A stretch of 24,000 nt of DNA, from NCBI GenBank assembly GCA_026168805.1, contig JAPFDS010000047.1, forward strand, positions 11,241 to 35,240. The letters are read 5' to 3'. Position numbers and translations under genes: made by a program. This stretch comes from Bacillales bacterium. Its GTDB lineage: Bacteria; Bacillota; Bacilli; Bacillales; Amphibacillaceae. Below are positions 1 through 9,051 of this stretch, piece by piece. Position 1 is the first letter of the stretch, and every line of letters starts with the position of its first letter. Under the pieces are notes generated by a model that saw only the letters and a program-made list of their open reading frames with translations, had not been told where the DNA came from and searched no databases.

Positions 1-173
1 ACTCTTCAGATCCTGAAGGTTTTGATGATGAAGTTAGTCAAGTCGTCGAATATATCATGAAAAGCCCACTTCTAAAAGAAGAGTTATTCCGTATGCAGTC
101 CCTTACCATTCGAAAACAACAATCATTACAAACGATATTCAAAGCAATTATCGATCAATATGAACAACTATAA
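1..173 (+). CDS. 3' end of an unidentified CDS entering from upstream (...FKAIIDQYEQL*)
   Basis: Frame 3 is open from the window edge to TAA at 171-173. A terminator hairpin follows immediately. Confidence 0.5.
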   Translation, partial: SSDPEGFDDEVSQVVEYIMKSPLLKEELFRMQSLTIRKQQSLQTIFKAIIDQYEQL

Positions 174-175
174 GG

Positions 176-207
176 CAAGCCTTTTTTAACAAGGGCTTGT
201 TTTTTTG
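176..207 (+). terminator. Rho-independent terminator
   Basis: Stem CAAGCCTTT (176-184) pairs with AAGGGCTTG (191-199), including one G-U pair. A T-run follows at 200-207. Confidence 0.8.
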
Positions 208-247
208 TTGCTTTTATAAAACACCTGTTATATTATAACTATAACAG
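208..247 (+). promoter_or_regulatory. Putative sigmaA promoter with palindromic GntR-type operator
   Basis: TTGCTT (208-213), 17 nt spacer, TATTAT (231-236). A perfect inverted repeat CTGTTATA-N7-TATAACAG (225-247) overlaps the -10. This is the usual position for autorepression by the downstream GntR regulator. The role is inferred. Confidence 0.45.
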
Positions 248-277
248 ACATATCACTTTAGAAAGGATGGTGCCCAT

Positions 278-676
278 GTGTTTATAAAAATTGATTTGGA
301 AGCAGATATTCCTATATATGAACAACTAAAACAAGAAATCATTGCTGGAATTGCAAAACAAGCGTTATTACCTGGTGAAAAGCTTCCTTCTGTACGTGGG
401 TTAGCTGCAGATATTGGCGTTAATTTACACACTGTCAATAAAGCGTATCATCAACTGAGAGATGAAGGATATATACTGATTCATCGCCAACGTGGAGTTG
501 TCATACATCCTGATGGAATGGCTCAAGCAGATGAAGCGTATATGGAGAAATTAAAAGAATCATTACACCCTATTATCGCTGCTTCCATTTGTCGAGATGT
601 TTCTAGTGAAGAATTTCAACAGTTATGTGCAAGTATTTATGAAACATATAATCCTAGAAAGGATGATGAACAATGA
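278..676 (+). CDS. GntR-family (YhcF/YtrA-like short form) transcriptional regulator
   Basis: GTG start 8 nt after AAAGGATGG. The N-terminal winged HTH reads IPIYEQLKQEIIAGI...GEKLPSVRGLAADIGVNLHTVNKAYHQL. It is the first gene of the operon. Confidence 0.9.
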   Translation: MFIKIDLEADIPIYEQLKQEIIAGIAKQALLPGEKLPSVRGLAADIGVNLHTVNKAYHQLRDEGYILIHRQRGVVIHPDGMAQADEAYMEKLKESLHPIIAASICRDVSSEEFQQLCASIYETYNPRKDDEQ

Positions 677-1785
677 CTTTCTATCTTGCTTTCTTTCAAC
701 TGTTACTCATACTTCCTTTGGCGATTATTCTTATTGCCACACCATATTGGACACGTAAAACGGAAAGTTTCGGCGTAACTATTCCGGAACATATGTATGA
801 TGATCCATTTATAAAACATGTGCGTAAACGATATGTTCTGCACATGAGCAGCGTTAGCATTCTTCTTATTCTTGTCCTAACCGTACTCTTTATGACCTTC
901 ACTCTAAATGAAGAAATCGCGGTTACCTTGTCTATCACAAGTGTATGTATATTAATCATCGTTGGATTTTTATATTATCTGTTTTTCCATAAACAAATGA
1001 AACGTTTTAAGAAAGAACACGTAGATACTACAGAGAAGAAACAAGTAGTTGTTGTACAAACAACTTTCGCTTCAGAGAAAAAGACACATTCCAATGCTTG
1101 GTTCATCATTCCGTTTGTACTCATTGTACTAACAATTATTTTTACATACTTGAATTACAGTTTATTTCCAAACCAAATACCAACAAACTTTAATCTATCT
1201 GGGAAAGCAACAAGCTGGATGGATAAATCTCAAGCAACAGTACTCTTTATTCCTTTGATGCAATTATATTTACTCGTCATCTTTATGTTTGTAAACATAG
1301 TCATACGTACAGCAAAGCAACAAACAAATCCGAACACCCCGAAAGAATCTCTGCAAAAGAACGTAATATTTCGCAGGCGCTGGTCTGGATTTTTAATGAT
1401 TTTCGCAACTCTTTTAATTGCGATGTTTTCTTTCTTACAGTACACACTTGTACATCCTGTATCTATGTCCATCCAATCAAGTATATATATCGGTGTCACC
1501 GTATTTATTTTAGTCGGTTGTATCTACTTGTCGTATACAATGGGGCAAGGTGGTAGTCGTATTCATATAGACACGGAATCTGAAAATGATCAAACCGATT
1601 TTTACGGAGATGACGACAAGTACTGGAAACTTGGTATGTTTTACGTAAATAAAAATGACCCTTCTCTATTTATCGAAAAAAGATTTGGCGTTGGATGGTC
1701 TGTCAACTTAGCCCGTCCACTTATTTGGATCTTACTCGGTCTCATTCTTGGATTTAGTATTGTACTTATTTTATTTGTGCCATAA
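673..1785 (+). CDS. Polytopic membrane protein, DUF1648-like with a C-terminal GVGWSVN motif
   Basis: 370-aa ORF whose start overlaps the GntR stop in ATGA, indicating translational coupling. It has multiple long hydrophobic segments. The family name is recalled from memory and not verified. Confidence 0.75.
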   Translation: MTFYLAFFQLLLILPLAIILIATPYWTRKTESFGVTIPEHMYDDPFIKHVRKRYVLHMSSVSILLILVLTVLFMTFTLNEEIAVTLSITSVCILIIVGFLYYLFFHKQMKRFKKEHVDTTEKKQVVVVQTTFASEKKTHSNAWFIIPFVLIVLTIIFTYLNYSLFPNQIPTNFNLSGKATSWMDKSQATVLFIPLMQLYLLVIFMFVNIVIRTAKQQTNPNTPKESLQKNVIFRRRWSGFLMIFATLLIAMFSFLQYTLVHPVSMSIQSSIYIGVTVFILVGCIYLSYTMGQGGSRIHIDTESENDQTDFYGDDDKYWKLGMFYVNKNDPSLFIEKRFGVGWSVNLARPLIWILLGLILGFSIVLILFVP

Positions 1786-1801
1786 CAACAAAGGAGGAAA
1801 A

Positions 1802-2008
1802 ATGAATATGTCTTTATTTGCTTCGATAAACTGGGCGGTTATCGCTCCATTGGTAGTCATACAATTTATTTTAATGGCAGTAGCTCTCATTGATTTGCTA
1901 AGAAATGAACAGCCAAACGGACCTAAATGGATGTGGATACCCATTGTTATTTTCGGACAAATCCTTGGTCCTGTTGCCTACTTTATTTTTGGGAAAGGAG
2001 ATGAATAA
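1802..2008 (+). CDS. Small membrane protein, PLD-nuclease N-terminal (PLDc_N)-like
   Basis: ATG at 1802 is preceded by AAAGGAGG. The product is 68 aa with two hydrophobic helices and WMWIPIVIFGQILGPVAYFIFGK. The longer ORF from 1748 has no SD and overlaps the upstream gene. Confidence 0.8.
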   Translation: MNMSLFASINWAVIAPLVVIQFILMAVALIDLLRNEQPNGPKWMWIPIVIFGQILGPVAYFIFGKGDE

Positions 2009-2011
2009 TCG

Positions 2012-2920
2012 ATGACTTTATTAGCTGTGAAAGATGTAAGTAAGCATTATAAAAGTAAAAAAGCTGTTGATCACGTGAGTTTTAATTTGAAGGAACATAC
2101 ATGTGTTGCTCTGCTTGGACCCAATGGAGCTGGGAAAACAACTATTTTACGCTGTCTTGCACAACTGTTACATCCAACAAGTGGAAGCATACGATATAAA
2201 AATAATCTACAACAGGAAGATATTCGTCCTTATATAGGATACTTACCACAATACCCTACATTTTATGGGTGGATGAGCGGGTATGAATTTCTGATTTACA
2301 TCGGAAAGTTGGCGAATATGAGTAAAGATGACGTAAGTGAACGAGCTGAAGAACTCCTTACACTCGTCGGATTATCTGAAGCTAAAAACAAAAAAATCCG
2401 TACATATTCAGGAGGTATGAAGCAGCGGCTCGGCATTGCTCAAGCAATTATTCATCGCCCACAAATTTTAATGCTCGATGAACCTGTTTCGTCACTGGAT
2501 CCGATCGGTAGACGCGAAGTTCTAGAATTAATGGAACAATTAAAACAGGAAATGACCATTATTTTTTCAACGCATATTTTATCTGATGCAGATGAAATTA
2601 GTGATGAGTTGCTGTTATTACATGAGGGAAAAATGATTGAATCTGGTCAGTTAAGTGATTTAAGAAATAAATATAAAACGGAAATGCTTGAGCTGGAATT
2701 TGCAGATGAGATTGAACTGTATAGACAACTTGTGGAAGAACTTCCGTCTGTTCAACATACATCTATCGTGCGCAACACACTGCACGTGACCGTAACAGAC
2801 GTAAATGAAGCACGAACGGAAATATTCGCGGCTAGTAATGAAAACCAGTGGCCACTTATATCATTTTCAGTGAACAAAGCATCTCTTGAAGACATGTTCA
2901 TGAAGGCGGTGAGTAAATGA
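2012..2920 (+). CDS. ABC transporter ATP-binding protein
   Basis: Walker A GPNGAGKT, signature SGGMKQRL and Walker B ILMLDEP are all present. Confidence 0.95.
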   Translation: MTLLAVKDVSKHYKSKKAVDHVSFNLKEHTCVALLGPNGAGKTTILRCLAQLLHPTSGSIRYKNNLQQEDIRPYIGYLPQYPTFYGWMSGYEFLIYIGKLANMSKDDVSERAEELLTLVGLSEAKNKKIRTYSGGMKQRLGIAQAIIHRPQILMLDEPVSSLDPIGRREVLELMEQLKQEMTIIFSTHILSDADEISDELLLLHEGKMIESGQLSDLRNKYKTEMLELEFADEIELYRQLVEELPSVQHTSIVRNTLHVTVTDVNEARTEIFAASNENQWPLISFSVNKASLEDMFMKAVSK

Positions 2921-3693
2921 TGCAGTGGATGACATTATTTCAAAAAGAAGTCGTGGAAAACTGGCGCAATTTTAAATGGGTGTGGGTACCACTTGTGTTT
3001 ATTTTAATAGCCATTATGGATCCGTTAACGATGTACTACATGCCTGTACTACTTGAAAGTGGAGCAGGAGTTCCTGACGGTGCGATCTTTGAAATGCCAA
3101 CACCTTCGACGACAGAACTCTTAATGATGAGTCTTAGTCAACTAAATACAATAGGAATTGTTGTCGTCGCTTTAATGGCGATGGGCACAATCGCAAATGA
3201 ACGCAAAAGTGGGGTTCTCGAACTTACACTTGTCAAACCAATCTCTTACTCGAAGTATATTACCGCTAAATGGTTATCACTCGTATGTCTTATAGCCGTG
3301 TCTTTATTTGCCGCACTAAGTGTCCATTGGTATTATGTCAATTTATTATTTGACACCATATCATATACAGAAATATTGCTAGTGGGACTCTTTTTTGGGA
3401 GTTGGTTTTTGTTCGTCGCAGCGCTCATTATTTTGTATAATACATTCGCGCCATCTGCAGGAGTAGTCGCAGCTTTGTCAATTGGTACGATCATTGTTTT
3501 GTCCGTCGCTACAAGTACATTTTCGAAATATCTCACATGGAGCCCAGCAAATATTCCTGAGCTTATTCAAGAAATGTTGTATACTTCTTCCATCCCTTTT
3601 GATTTAATGATGGCTTTAGGCGTCACCTGGATTCTCACAGTTGCCTGTCTCTGGGTGAGTGTAATATGCATGGAAAGAAAAGAAGTTTCATAG
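2917..3693 (+). CDS. ABC-2 type transporter permease
   Basis: ATGA overlap with the ATPase gene. The product is 258 aa with about six hydrophobic helices. Confidence 0.85.
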   Translation: MMQWMTLFQKEVVENWRNFKWVWVPLVFILIAIMDPLTMYYMPVLLESGAGVPDGAIFEMPTPSTTELLMMSLSQLNTIGIVVVALMAMGTIANERKSGVLELTLVKPISYSKYITAKWLSLVCLIAVSLFAALSVHWYYVNLLFDTISYTEILLVGLFFGSWFLFVAALIILYNTFAPSAGVVAALSIGTIIVLSVATSTFSKYLTWSPANIPELIQEMLYTSSIPFDLMMALGVTWILTVACLWVSVICMERKEVS

Positions 3694-3728
3694 AAAAAGA
3701 GCTAGGAGATGAAATCCTAGCTCTTTTA
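3694..3728. terminator. Bidirectional rho-independent terminator between convergent operons
   Basis: 12-bp stem AAAGAGCTAGGA (3696-3707) pairs with TCCTAGCTCTTT (3715-3726). It is flanked by an A-run on one side and a T-run on the other. Confidence 0.8.
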
Positions 3729-3729
3729 C

Positions 3730-4422
3730 CTATTTCTTCGCAACGACTGTTATTTTTCGTAGTAAGAGCCATGCTACTAAATAGGTGATGAGTGCGATCA
3801 GTCCGAATTGTGCAAAAAAGAGATAAATACTATTTTGAAATGCATCCATAATATATGTGATTAGCTCACCTGAATAGAGACTATACGTAAATAGCACAAT
3901 TACCATACCAATGATTAACCCACTCACAAGTAACCCAAATTTATGAAACGACAAACTAATCAGGAATGTCAAAGTTGTTAAAAATATAATAATAAAGAAA
4001 TCAGTATAGATACGGTTTAGAATGGTATCTTCATAAAGATTCATCGGATGAGCAAATAGAAAATTCATATCATCTTGTAGGACAAACTTCGTCACTCCGC
4101 CTTGAATAAGGGCTGCAATCGTACTTTTCATGAGTGCAAGTAATACAAAGAAGATTCCCATGCTTATATATATGTTTTTGCGCGTACCACCAAGTTTAAT
4201 TCCATAAGCAATTGTATGTTTCGCCATTAAAAATCCGATGATTGCACAATATACATAAATAGGTGCTGTAAAGCTAAAGGACATGAAATCAATGGATGGG
4301 AACAGAAACATCATTGATACAGAAACTGTCAGCATTGCTAGTAAAATACTCCAAAACACCATTAACGAAAATTGTATATCTGTCCAATAAAAATAAAGTA
4401 ACCCTTTAATTTGTCTTCCCAT
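3730..4422 (-). CDS. Integral membrane protein, probable permease partner of the upstream ABC ATPase
   Basis: 230 aa, highly hydrophobic. It starts 2 nt after the ATPase stop. Confidence 0.8.
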   Translation of the reverse strand: MGRQIKGLLYFYWTDIQFSLMVFWSILLAMLTVSVSMMFLFPSIDFMSFSFTAPIYVYCAIIGFLMAKHTIAYGIKLGGTRKNIYISMGIFFVLLALMKSTIAALIQGGVTKFVLQDDMNFLFAHPMNLYEDTILNRIYTDFFIIIFLTTLTFLISLSFHKFGLLVSGLIIGMVIVLFTYSLYSGELITYIMDAFQNSIYLFFAQFGLIALITYLVAWLLLRKITVVAKK

Positions 4423-4424
4423 TA

Positions 4425-5279
4425 TTAAACCTCCTCGCTTTCCGTTAAATAAATCATTAAATCTTGAATGGGAATATTGTCTGCTGTTAACCCATGTTCA
4501 TGCGCCTCTTCAGCTGTTGCAAATACATGTGCAGTCATCATTCCGGCTAACTTATTTCGATCAAGCACTTCTTTTCCTTCAATAAATCTTTCTACTTCCT
4601 CTTCTGTTCCTGACACGATGCACGTACGATTTCGTAATGATTCTGCATCTTCTTGCAAAATGAGTTTTCCTTCTTGTAAAATGAGAACTTCCTCAAACAA
4701 TAAACTTACCTCATCAATTAAATGTGTGGAGAAAATAATCATCCGTGGTTCTTTTTCATACTCCTCAAGTAATACATTGTAAAACCGCTTACGTGCTGCA
4801 GCATCTAGACCAATATACGGTTCATCAAAAATTGTAATTTGTGCTTTGCTAGATAATCCTACGATGATTCCAAGGGCAGATTCCATCCCTTTTGACAATG
4901 TTTTCACCCGGGCATTCATTGGTAATTTGTATTGTTTAATGAGTTCAAGGGCTAATTCTTTATCCCAGTTTGGATAAAAAAACGAATAAATATTTAACAC
5001 ATGCTTTACTTTTAAATCCCTTTTAAAGTTATTTCCTTCGCTAATCAAACAAATCTGTTCACTAATGTGTTGCTGATCAAACGGATCCTCTCCATTAATT
5101 GTAATGGATCCATTTGAAGCCACATTGTGCCCTGCAAGTATATCCATGAATGTCGTTTTCCCAGCACCATTTCTACCTAAGAGTCCAAAAATCTTTGGTT
5201 CATCCAATGAAAAACTAACATCGTCAAGTGCCAAATTCTCATTGTATTTTTTCGTTACGTGCTCAACTTTAACCTTCAT
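4425..5279 (-). CDS. ABC transporter ATP-binding protein (YtrB-like)
   Basis: Walker A GRNGAGKT, signature LSKGMES and Walker B ITIFDEP are present. Its start overlaps the GntR stop in ATGA. Confidence 0.95.
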   Translation of the reverse strand: MKVKVEHVTKKYNENLALDDVSFSLDEPKIFGLLGRNGAGKTTFMDILAGHNVASNGSITINGEDPFDQQHISEQICLISEGNNFKRDLKVKHVLNIYSFFYPNWDKELALELIKQYKLPMNARVKTLSKGMESALGIIVGLSSKAQITIFDEPYIGLDAAARKRFYNVLLEEYEKEPRMIIFSTHLIDEVSLLFEEVLILQEGKLILQEDAESLRNRTCIVSGTEEEVERFIEGKEVLDRNKLAGMMTAHVFATAEEAHEHGLTADNIPIQDLMIYLTESEEV

Positions 5280-5644
5280 TGTTTTTCCCCCTTATGAATC
5301 ATTTCTTGAATATGTTCCAGCGAAATTCCTAACCGTCTAGCTTCATCTTTTAATGGTTCAATATACATGTCATAAAACGTTTCTTTCCTCTTTTCAATGA
5401 GCTTTTCTTTCGCTATTTCAGTGACAAACATACCGACACCCCTTCTTTTTTCAATAATTCCTTCATCCACGAGCTCATTCACGCCTTTTCTAGCAGTCGC
5501 AGGATTTATTTTATAAAATTGGGCAAATTCATTTGTCGAAGGAATTTTCTCACCTGCATTCATCGTTCCACTAAGAATTGATTCTTCAATATACTCTTTA
5601 ATTTGTATGAAAATCGGCCGATCTTCTGTCAGTTTTAATTTCAT
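5276..5644 (-). CDS. GntR-family regulator, YtrA subfamily
   Basis: ATG at 5644 follows GGAGAGGAAG. The HTH reads GEKIPSTNEFAQFYKINPATARKGVNELV, followed by a short C-terminal domain. The ORF-track start at 5662 lacks an SD. Confidence 0.9.
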   Translation of the reverse strand: MKLKLTEDRPIFIQIKEYIEESILSGTMNAGEKIPSTNEFAQFYKINPATARKGVNELVDEGIIEKRRGVGMFVTEIAKEKLIEKRKETFYDMYIEPLKDEARRLGISLEHIQEMIHKGEKQ

Positions 5645-5685
5645 GACTTCCTCTCCAGTCATTTTGTTGATTACTTATGTAACTA

Positions 5686-5714
5686 ACCATACAAGCGTTT
5701 GTTTTTTTCGTCAA
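5686..5714 (-). promoter_or_regulatory. Putative sigmaA promoter of the ytrA-like operon
   Basis: On the minus strand, TTGACG (5714-5709), 17 nt spacer, TATGGT (5691-5686). A partial dyad AGTTAC-ATAA-GTAATC lies just downstream and is a possible operator. Confidence 0.5.
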
Positions 5715-5721
5715 GCCTTTT

Positions 5722-5760
5722 TTATAAAAAAATCTCCACCATCTATGTGATAGTGGAGAT
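5722..5760 (-). terminator. Rho-independent terminator of the MBL hydrolase gene
   Basis: Stem ATCTCCAC (5732-5739) pairs with GTGGAGAT (5753-5760). On the minus strand a T-run follows (plus-strand A-run at 5725-5731). Confidence 0.75.
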
Positions 5761-5775
5761 TTTTAAAGGACATAT

Positions 5776-6639
5776 TCACTCAGAAAGCGCGTCAAATGGG
5801 CTTTTTTCAGGAAAAACGACGTAATCTTTTCCGTCTGATTCTATAACAATATTTCCAAAAACAGCTGTTGAATAAATGAGCGAGGTTAGTGATTGGAGTT
5901 CGTTAATGACTCTCGGTGCTGGATGACCAAAATCATTTTCTTTGCTATAGGTTAAAATAGCGATTTCTGGTTGAGCTTCTTCTAAAAAGTGTGCAGAGCT
6001 ACTCGTATTGGATCCGTGATGAGCAATTTTAACAATTTCAGCGGACACATCTGTTTGTTTCATGATGGTCTTTTCTTGTGCTTTTTCAACATCTGCTAAA
6101 AAAAGTACATCTACTTCGTCATATGTTAGCTTTAACGCAAGTGAAGAAGGGTTGTTATCTTTTGTATCGGATGAACTATTTAAAATTTCAATCTGTAATA
6201 ACGGATCAATGTCAATACGGTCGCCCTTTTTAGCCACTGTAAACGGTATTTGCTTCACAAAGACTGTTGCTGCATATGTAGCATACGTTTTTGTCAGATG
6301 AAATTTACCTGTTTCGACAATATGCTTTACAGATATATTTTCCATCACTTCTGGCAAGCCACCAATATGATCGAAGTCAGGATGCGTCGCAATCATCAAA
6401 TCAATCGACTGTATGTTTCTTTTTTCCAAGTATGAAACAACTACCTTCCCAGCTTTGGGGGGACCACCATCAATGAGTACATTTTTGCCATTAGGAGTTT
6501 CAATCAACATACTATCCCCTTGTCCAACATTGATAAAGTGAACTTTTAATGGTTGTTTATCTTGTTCCAATGCAAGCACAAACGAACTGGGGAAAAATAA
6601 ACATACACATGTAACATATAAAATCAGCCTTCTTGCCAC
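5776..6639 (-). CDS. Exported MBL-fold metallo-hydrolase, ComEC C-terminal-domain-like
   Basis: N-terminal signal-like segment, then GQGDS and THPDFDHIGG (HxHxDH-type) and HHGS motifs. The likely start is GTG at 6639, 6 nt after AGGTGA. The ORF-track TTG at 6645 abuts the SD. Confidence 0.85.
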   Translation of the reverse strand: MARRLILYVTCVCLFFPSSFVLALEQDKQPLKVHFINVGQGDSMLIETPNGKNVLIDGGPPKAGKVVVSYLEKRNIQSIDLMIATHPDFDHIGGLPEVMENISVKHIVETGKFHLTKTYATYAATVFVKQIPFTVAKKGDRIDIDPLLQIEILNSSSDTKDNNPSSLALKLTYDEVDVLFLADVEKAQEKTIMKQTDVSAEIVKIAHHGSNTSSSAHFLEEAQPEIAILTYSKENDFGHPAPRVINELQSLTSLIYSTAVFGNIVIESDGKDYVVFPEKSPFDALSE

Positions 6640-6700
6640 GAACAATCACCTATACTTCGTTTATTTTTCTCTTATCATTTCTCAATAAGAGAAAAATATG

Positions 6701-6733
6701 AAAAAAAGTTGCTGCCAAAGTGGCAACAACTTT
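6701..6733 (-). terminator. Rho-independent terminator of clpE
   Basis: Stem GTTGCTGCCA pairs with TGGCAACAAC (9 of 10 bp). On the minus strand a T-run follows (plus-strand A-run at 6701-6707). Confidence 0.75.
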
Positions 6734-6745
6734 TCATGTGAACAA

Positions 6746-8869
6746 TTATTTACTTTGAACGTGAATGGTATCTTCGTCAAAGCTTACAACGACATGTTCT
6801 ACAGGACCGTCTAGTAAGAGATCCGTCATTTGATTTTCAATTTTGTCTTGAATCACTCGACGTAATGGACGAGCACCAAAGCGTGGGTCATATCCAAGTC
6901 GAACAATTTCTTTTTTCGCATCCTCCGTCACTTCCATAGTAATTCCTTGTTCTTTGACCATATTTTCTACATCGACAATGAGTAAATCAACAATATGAAC
7001 TAAGTCATCTTCTGTTAACTCATTGAACGGAATAATCGCGTCAAAACGGTTTAAGAATTCTGGTTTAAAGTAGTCACTGAGCATTTCTAACGTTGTAATG
7101 GATTCATCTTGTTCTTTTTGGAATCCAACGTTGATTTCTTTCGCTCCTGTTCCAGCATTACTTGTCATAATGATGACCGTATCTTTAAAGCTGACGGTTC
7201 TTCCTTGCGAGTCTGTTAAATGTCCATCTTCCATAATTTGTAAGAACATATGTTGTACATCTGGATGTGCTTTTTCAATTTCATCTAATAAGATAATGGA
7301 ATATGGGTTTCTCCGTACTCGTTCGGTTAATTGACCAGCTTCTTCATGACCAACATATCCTGGAGGTGATCCGATCAGTTTAGAAACGGAATGTTTCTCC
7401 ATATATTCACTCATATCTAGTCGAATCAACGCATCACGTGTACCAAACATTTCTTCTGCAAGCACTCGCGTTAATTCTGTTTTACCGACACCTGTTGGGC
7501 CGACAAATAAGAACGAACCAATTGGACGGTATGGTGATTTAAGTCCTGCACGACTACGACGAATTGCTTGAGCAATTTTATCGACCGCTTCATCTTGTCC
7601 AATAACGGATTGTTTCAAGTCATCTGCAAGATTTTTCATTTTTGTTTGTTCATCTTCTTGTAGTTTTGTTACTGGAATACCTGTTTTTTCCTCAACAAGT
7701 AAGGCAACATCTTCAACTGAAATCGGTGCAATGTTTTCTTTGTCTGCTTCTTTTGCTTTCTCGAGTTGTTTTTGAAGTTGAATTTCTTGGTAACGTAAGT
7801 TTGCAGCCCGTTCATAATCTTCTACCTCAGCCGCTTCTTCTTTTTCTTTTACAATGTCTTGTATTTTCGCTTCAATCGAATCTGAATCTTTTTCCGTGTT
7901 CGCTAAGTTTGTTCGTGATCCAACTTCATCCATTAAATCAATTGCTTTATCTGGTAAGAAGCGATCTTGAATATAGCGATCGGATAACGTTACAAAAGCT
8001 TTCACAACTTCATCTGAATACGTTACATCATGAAACTCTTCATAGTATCCTTTAATTCCTTGTAAAATATTTTCGGTTTCTTCTAATGATGGTTCATCAA
8101 CAATAATTGGTTGTAAGCGACGTTCTAAAGCAGCGTCTTTTTCAATTTGACGATACTCTTTTAACGTTGTCGCTCCAACAAGTTGCATATCCCCACGAGC
8201 TAAGGCTGGTTTTAAAATATTTCCTGCATCCATTTGTGAACTTTCGGCCGTTCCAGCTCCCATGAGTAAATGAATCTCATCGATAAATACGATGACTTCA
8301 GGACGTGATTGAATTTCAGCAATGAGCTGTTGCATTCTTTCTTCAAATTGTCCACGAATTCCTGTATTTGCAACAAGGGACGCAACATCTAGTAAATAGA
8401 TCTCTTTATTCATTAATTTCGCTGGGACATCACCTTCAACAATTTTCACTGCAATTCCTTCAGCAATCGCTGTTTTACCAACACCAGGTTCACCAATGAG
8501 CACTGGATTATTTTTATTTCGACGGTTTAACGTTTCAATCACACGCTGGATTTCTTCATCACGTCCAACGACATGATCAATTTTACCTGAACGTGCACCA
8601 TCTGTTAAATTCGTTCCAAGTTCATCAAGTAAACCATTCCCACCTTGTTTTTCTTTCGTTTGTGTTCTTGTTTGGGAATTCCCTTGGGCCCCATTAAAGA
8701 AGTTATTCGCAAAATCTTGTTGACCTTGACTAAAATCATTCATTTGTGGCATCTCGTTTTTCATTTCTTGAAAACAAGATGAACAAAGGTGTACATTTTT
8801 CGTATCATTGTTAAAACGCATCATTAAATTCACATTTGCATGATTGATTCCACATTTTTCACATTTCAT
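6746..8869 (-). CDS. clpE: ATP-dependent Clp protease ATP-binding subunit ClpE
   Basis: 707 aa. N-terminal zinc finger CEKC...CSSC. Two AAA+ modules with GEPGVGKT and GPTGVGKT, separated by a coiled-coil middle region. CtsR boxes lie upstream. Confidence 0.9.
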   Translation of the reverse strand: MKCEKCGINHANVNLMMRFNNDTKNVHLCSSCFQEMKNEMPQMNDFSQGQQDFANNFFNGAQGNSQTRTQTKEKQGGNGLLDELGTNLTDGARSGKIDHVVGRDEEIQRVIETLNRRNKNNPVLIGEPGVGKTAIAEGIAVKIVEGDVPAKLMNKEIYLLDVASLVANTGIRGQFEERMQQLIAEIQSRPEVIVFIDEIHLLMGAGTAESSQMDAGNILKPALARGDMQLVGATTLKEYRQIEKDAALERRLQPIIVDEPSLEETENILQGIKGYYEEFHDVTYSDEVVKAFVTLSDRYIQDRFLPDKAIDLMDEVGSRTNLANTEKDSDSIEAKIQDIVKEKEEAAEVEDYERAANLRYQEIQLQKQLEKAKEADKENIAPISVEDVALLVEEKTGIPVTKLQEDEQTKMKNLADDLKQSVIGQDEAVDKIAQAIRRSRAGLKSPYRPIGSFLFVGPTGVGKTELTRVLAEEMFGTRDALIRLDMSEYMEKHSVSKLIGSPPGYVGHEEAGQLTERVRRNPYSIILLDEIEKAHPDVQHMFLQIMEDGHLTDSQGRTVSFKDTVIIMTSNAGTGAKEINVGFQKEQDESITTLEMLSDYFKPEFLNRFDAIIPFNELTEDDLVHIVDLLIVDVENMVKEQGITMEVTEDAKKEIVRLGYDPRFGARPLRRVIQDKIENQMTDLLLDGPVEHVVVSFDEDTIHVQSK

Positions 8870-8913
8870 CTTTGTTTCCCCCTAGTATTTTATATGAATA
8901 TTGTTTGATTAAA

Positions 8914-8973
8914 TTTGACTTTGACTATCTTTGACTATGATTTTATTATACACTGACCATCTTTGACTTTCAA
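8914..8973 (-). promoter_or_regulatory. clpE sigmaA promoter with two CtsR operators
   Basis: On the minus strand, TTGAAA (8973-8968), 17 nt spacer, TATAAT (8950-8945). CtsR box AGTCAAAGATGGTCAGT (8968-8952) sits inside the spacer. AGTCAAAGATAGTCAAA plus a third GTCAAA (8936-8914) lies downstream of the -10. The known consensus is RGTCAAA-NAN-RGTCAAA. Confidence 0.85.
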
Positions 8974-9006
8974 GTCCTTTTTTAAACTTTTTTATCTTTT
9001 TTCTAT

Positions 9007-9044
9007 AAAAAATCTGCTCTAATGATGGTTTTCATTAGAACAGA
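9007..9044 (-). terminator. Rho-independent terminator of pdaA
   Basis: Stem TCTGCTCTAATGA (9013-9025) pairs with TCATTAGAACAGA (9032-9044). On the minus strand a T-run follows (plus-strand A-run at 9007-9012). Confidence 0.75.
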
Positions 9045-9051
9045 CGCTTGT

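Noticed and set aside
253-1499. Minus-strand ORFs 253-438, 696-959 and 1230-1499
   Set aside because: They are antisense shadows of the GntR and membrane-protein genes, with no ribosome-binding sites.
1748-1801. 5' extension of the PLDc_N gene ORF, and the similar extension 13332-13457 of the transposase ORF
   Set aside because: The internal ATGs at 1802 and 13331 have strong SDs. The extensions overlap upstream sequence and encode implausible leader peptides.
4468-5340. Plus-strand ORFs 4468-4782 and 5104-5340
   Set aside because: They are antisense shadows of the ABC ATPase gene. They are S/F-rich and have no SD.
6062-6476. Three overlapping plus-strand ORFs inside the MBL hydrolase gene; also 3333-3536, 9309-9588, 12467-12724, 14342-14527 and 20764-21120
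   Set aside because: All lie entirely within, and antisense to or out of frame with, well-supported genes. None has an SD or a recognisable motif.
7642-8055. 137-aa plus-strand ORF (also 7098-7334) inside clpE
   Set aside because: It is antisense to a strongly supported conserved gene. It has low-complexity L/F/V-rich composition typical of shadow ORFs and no SD.
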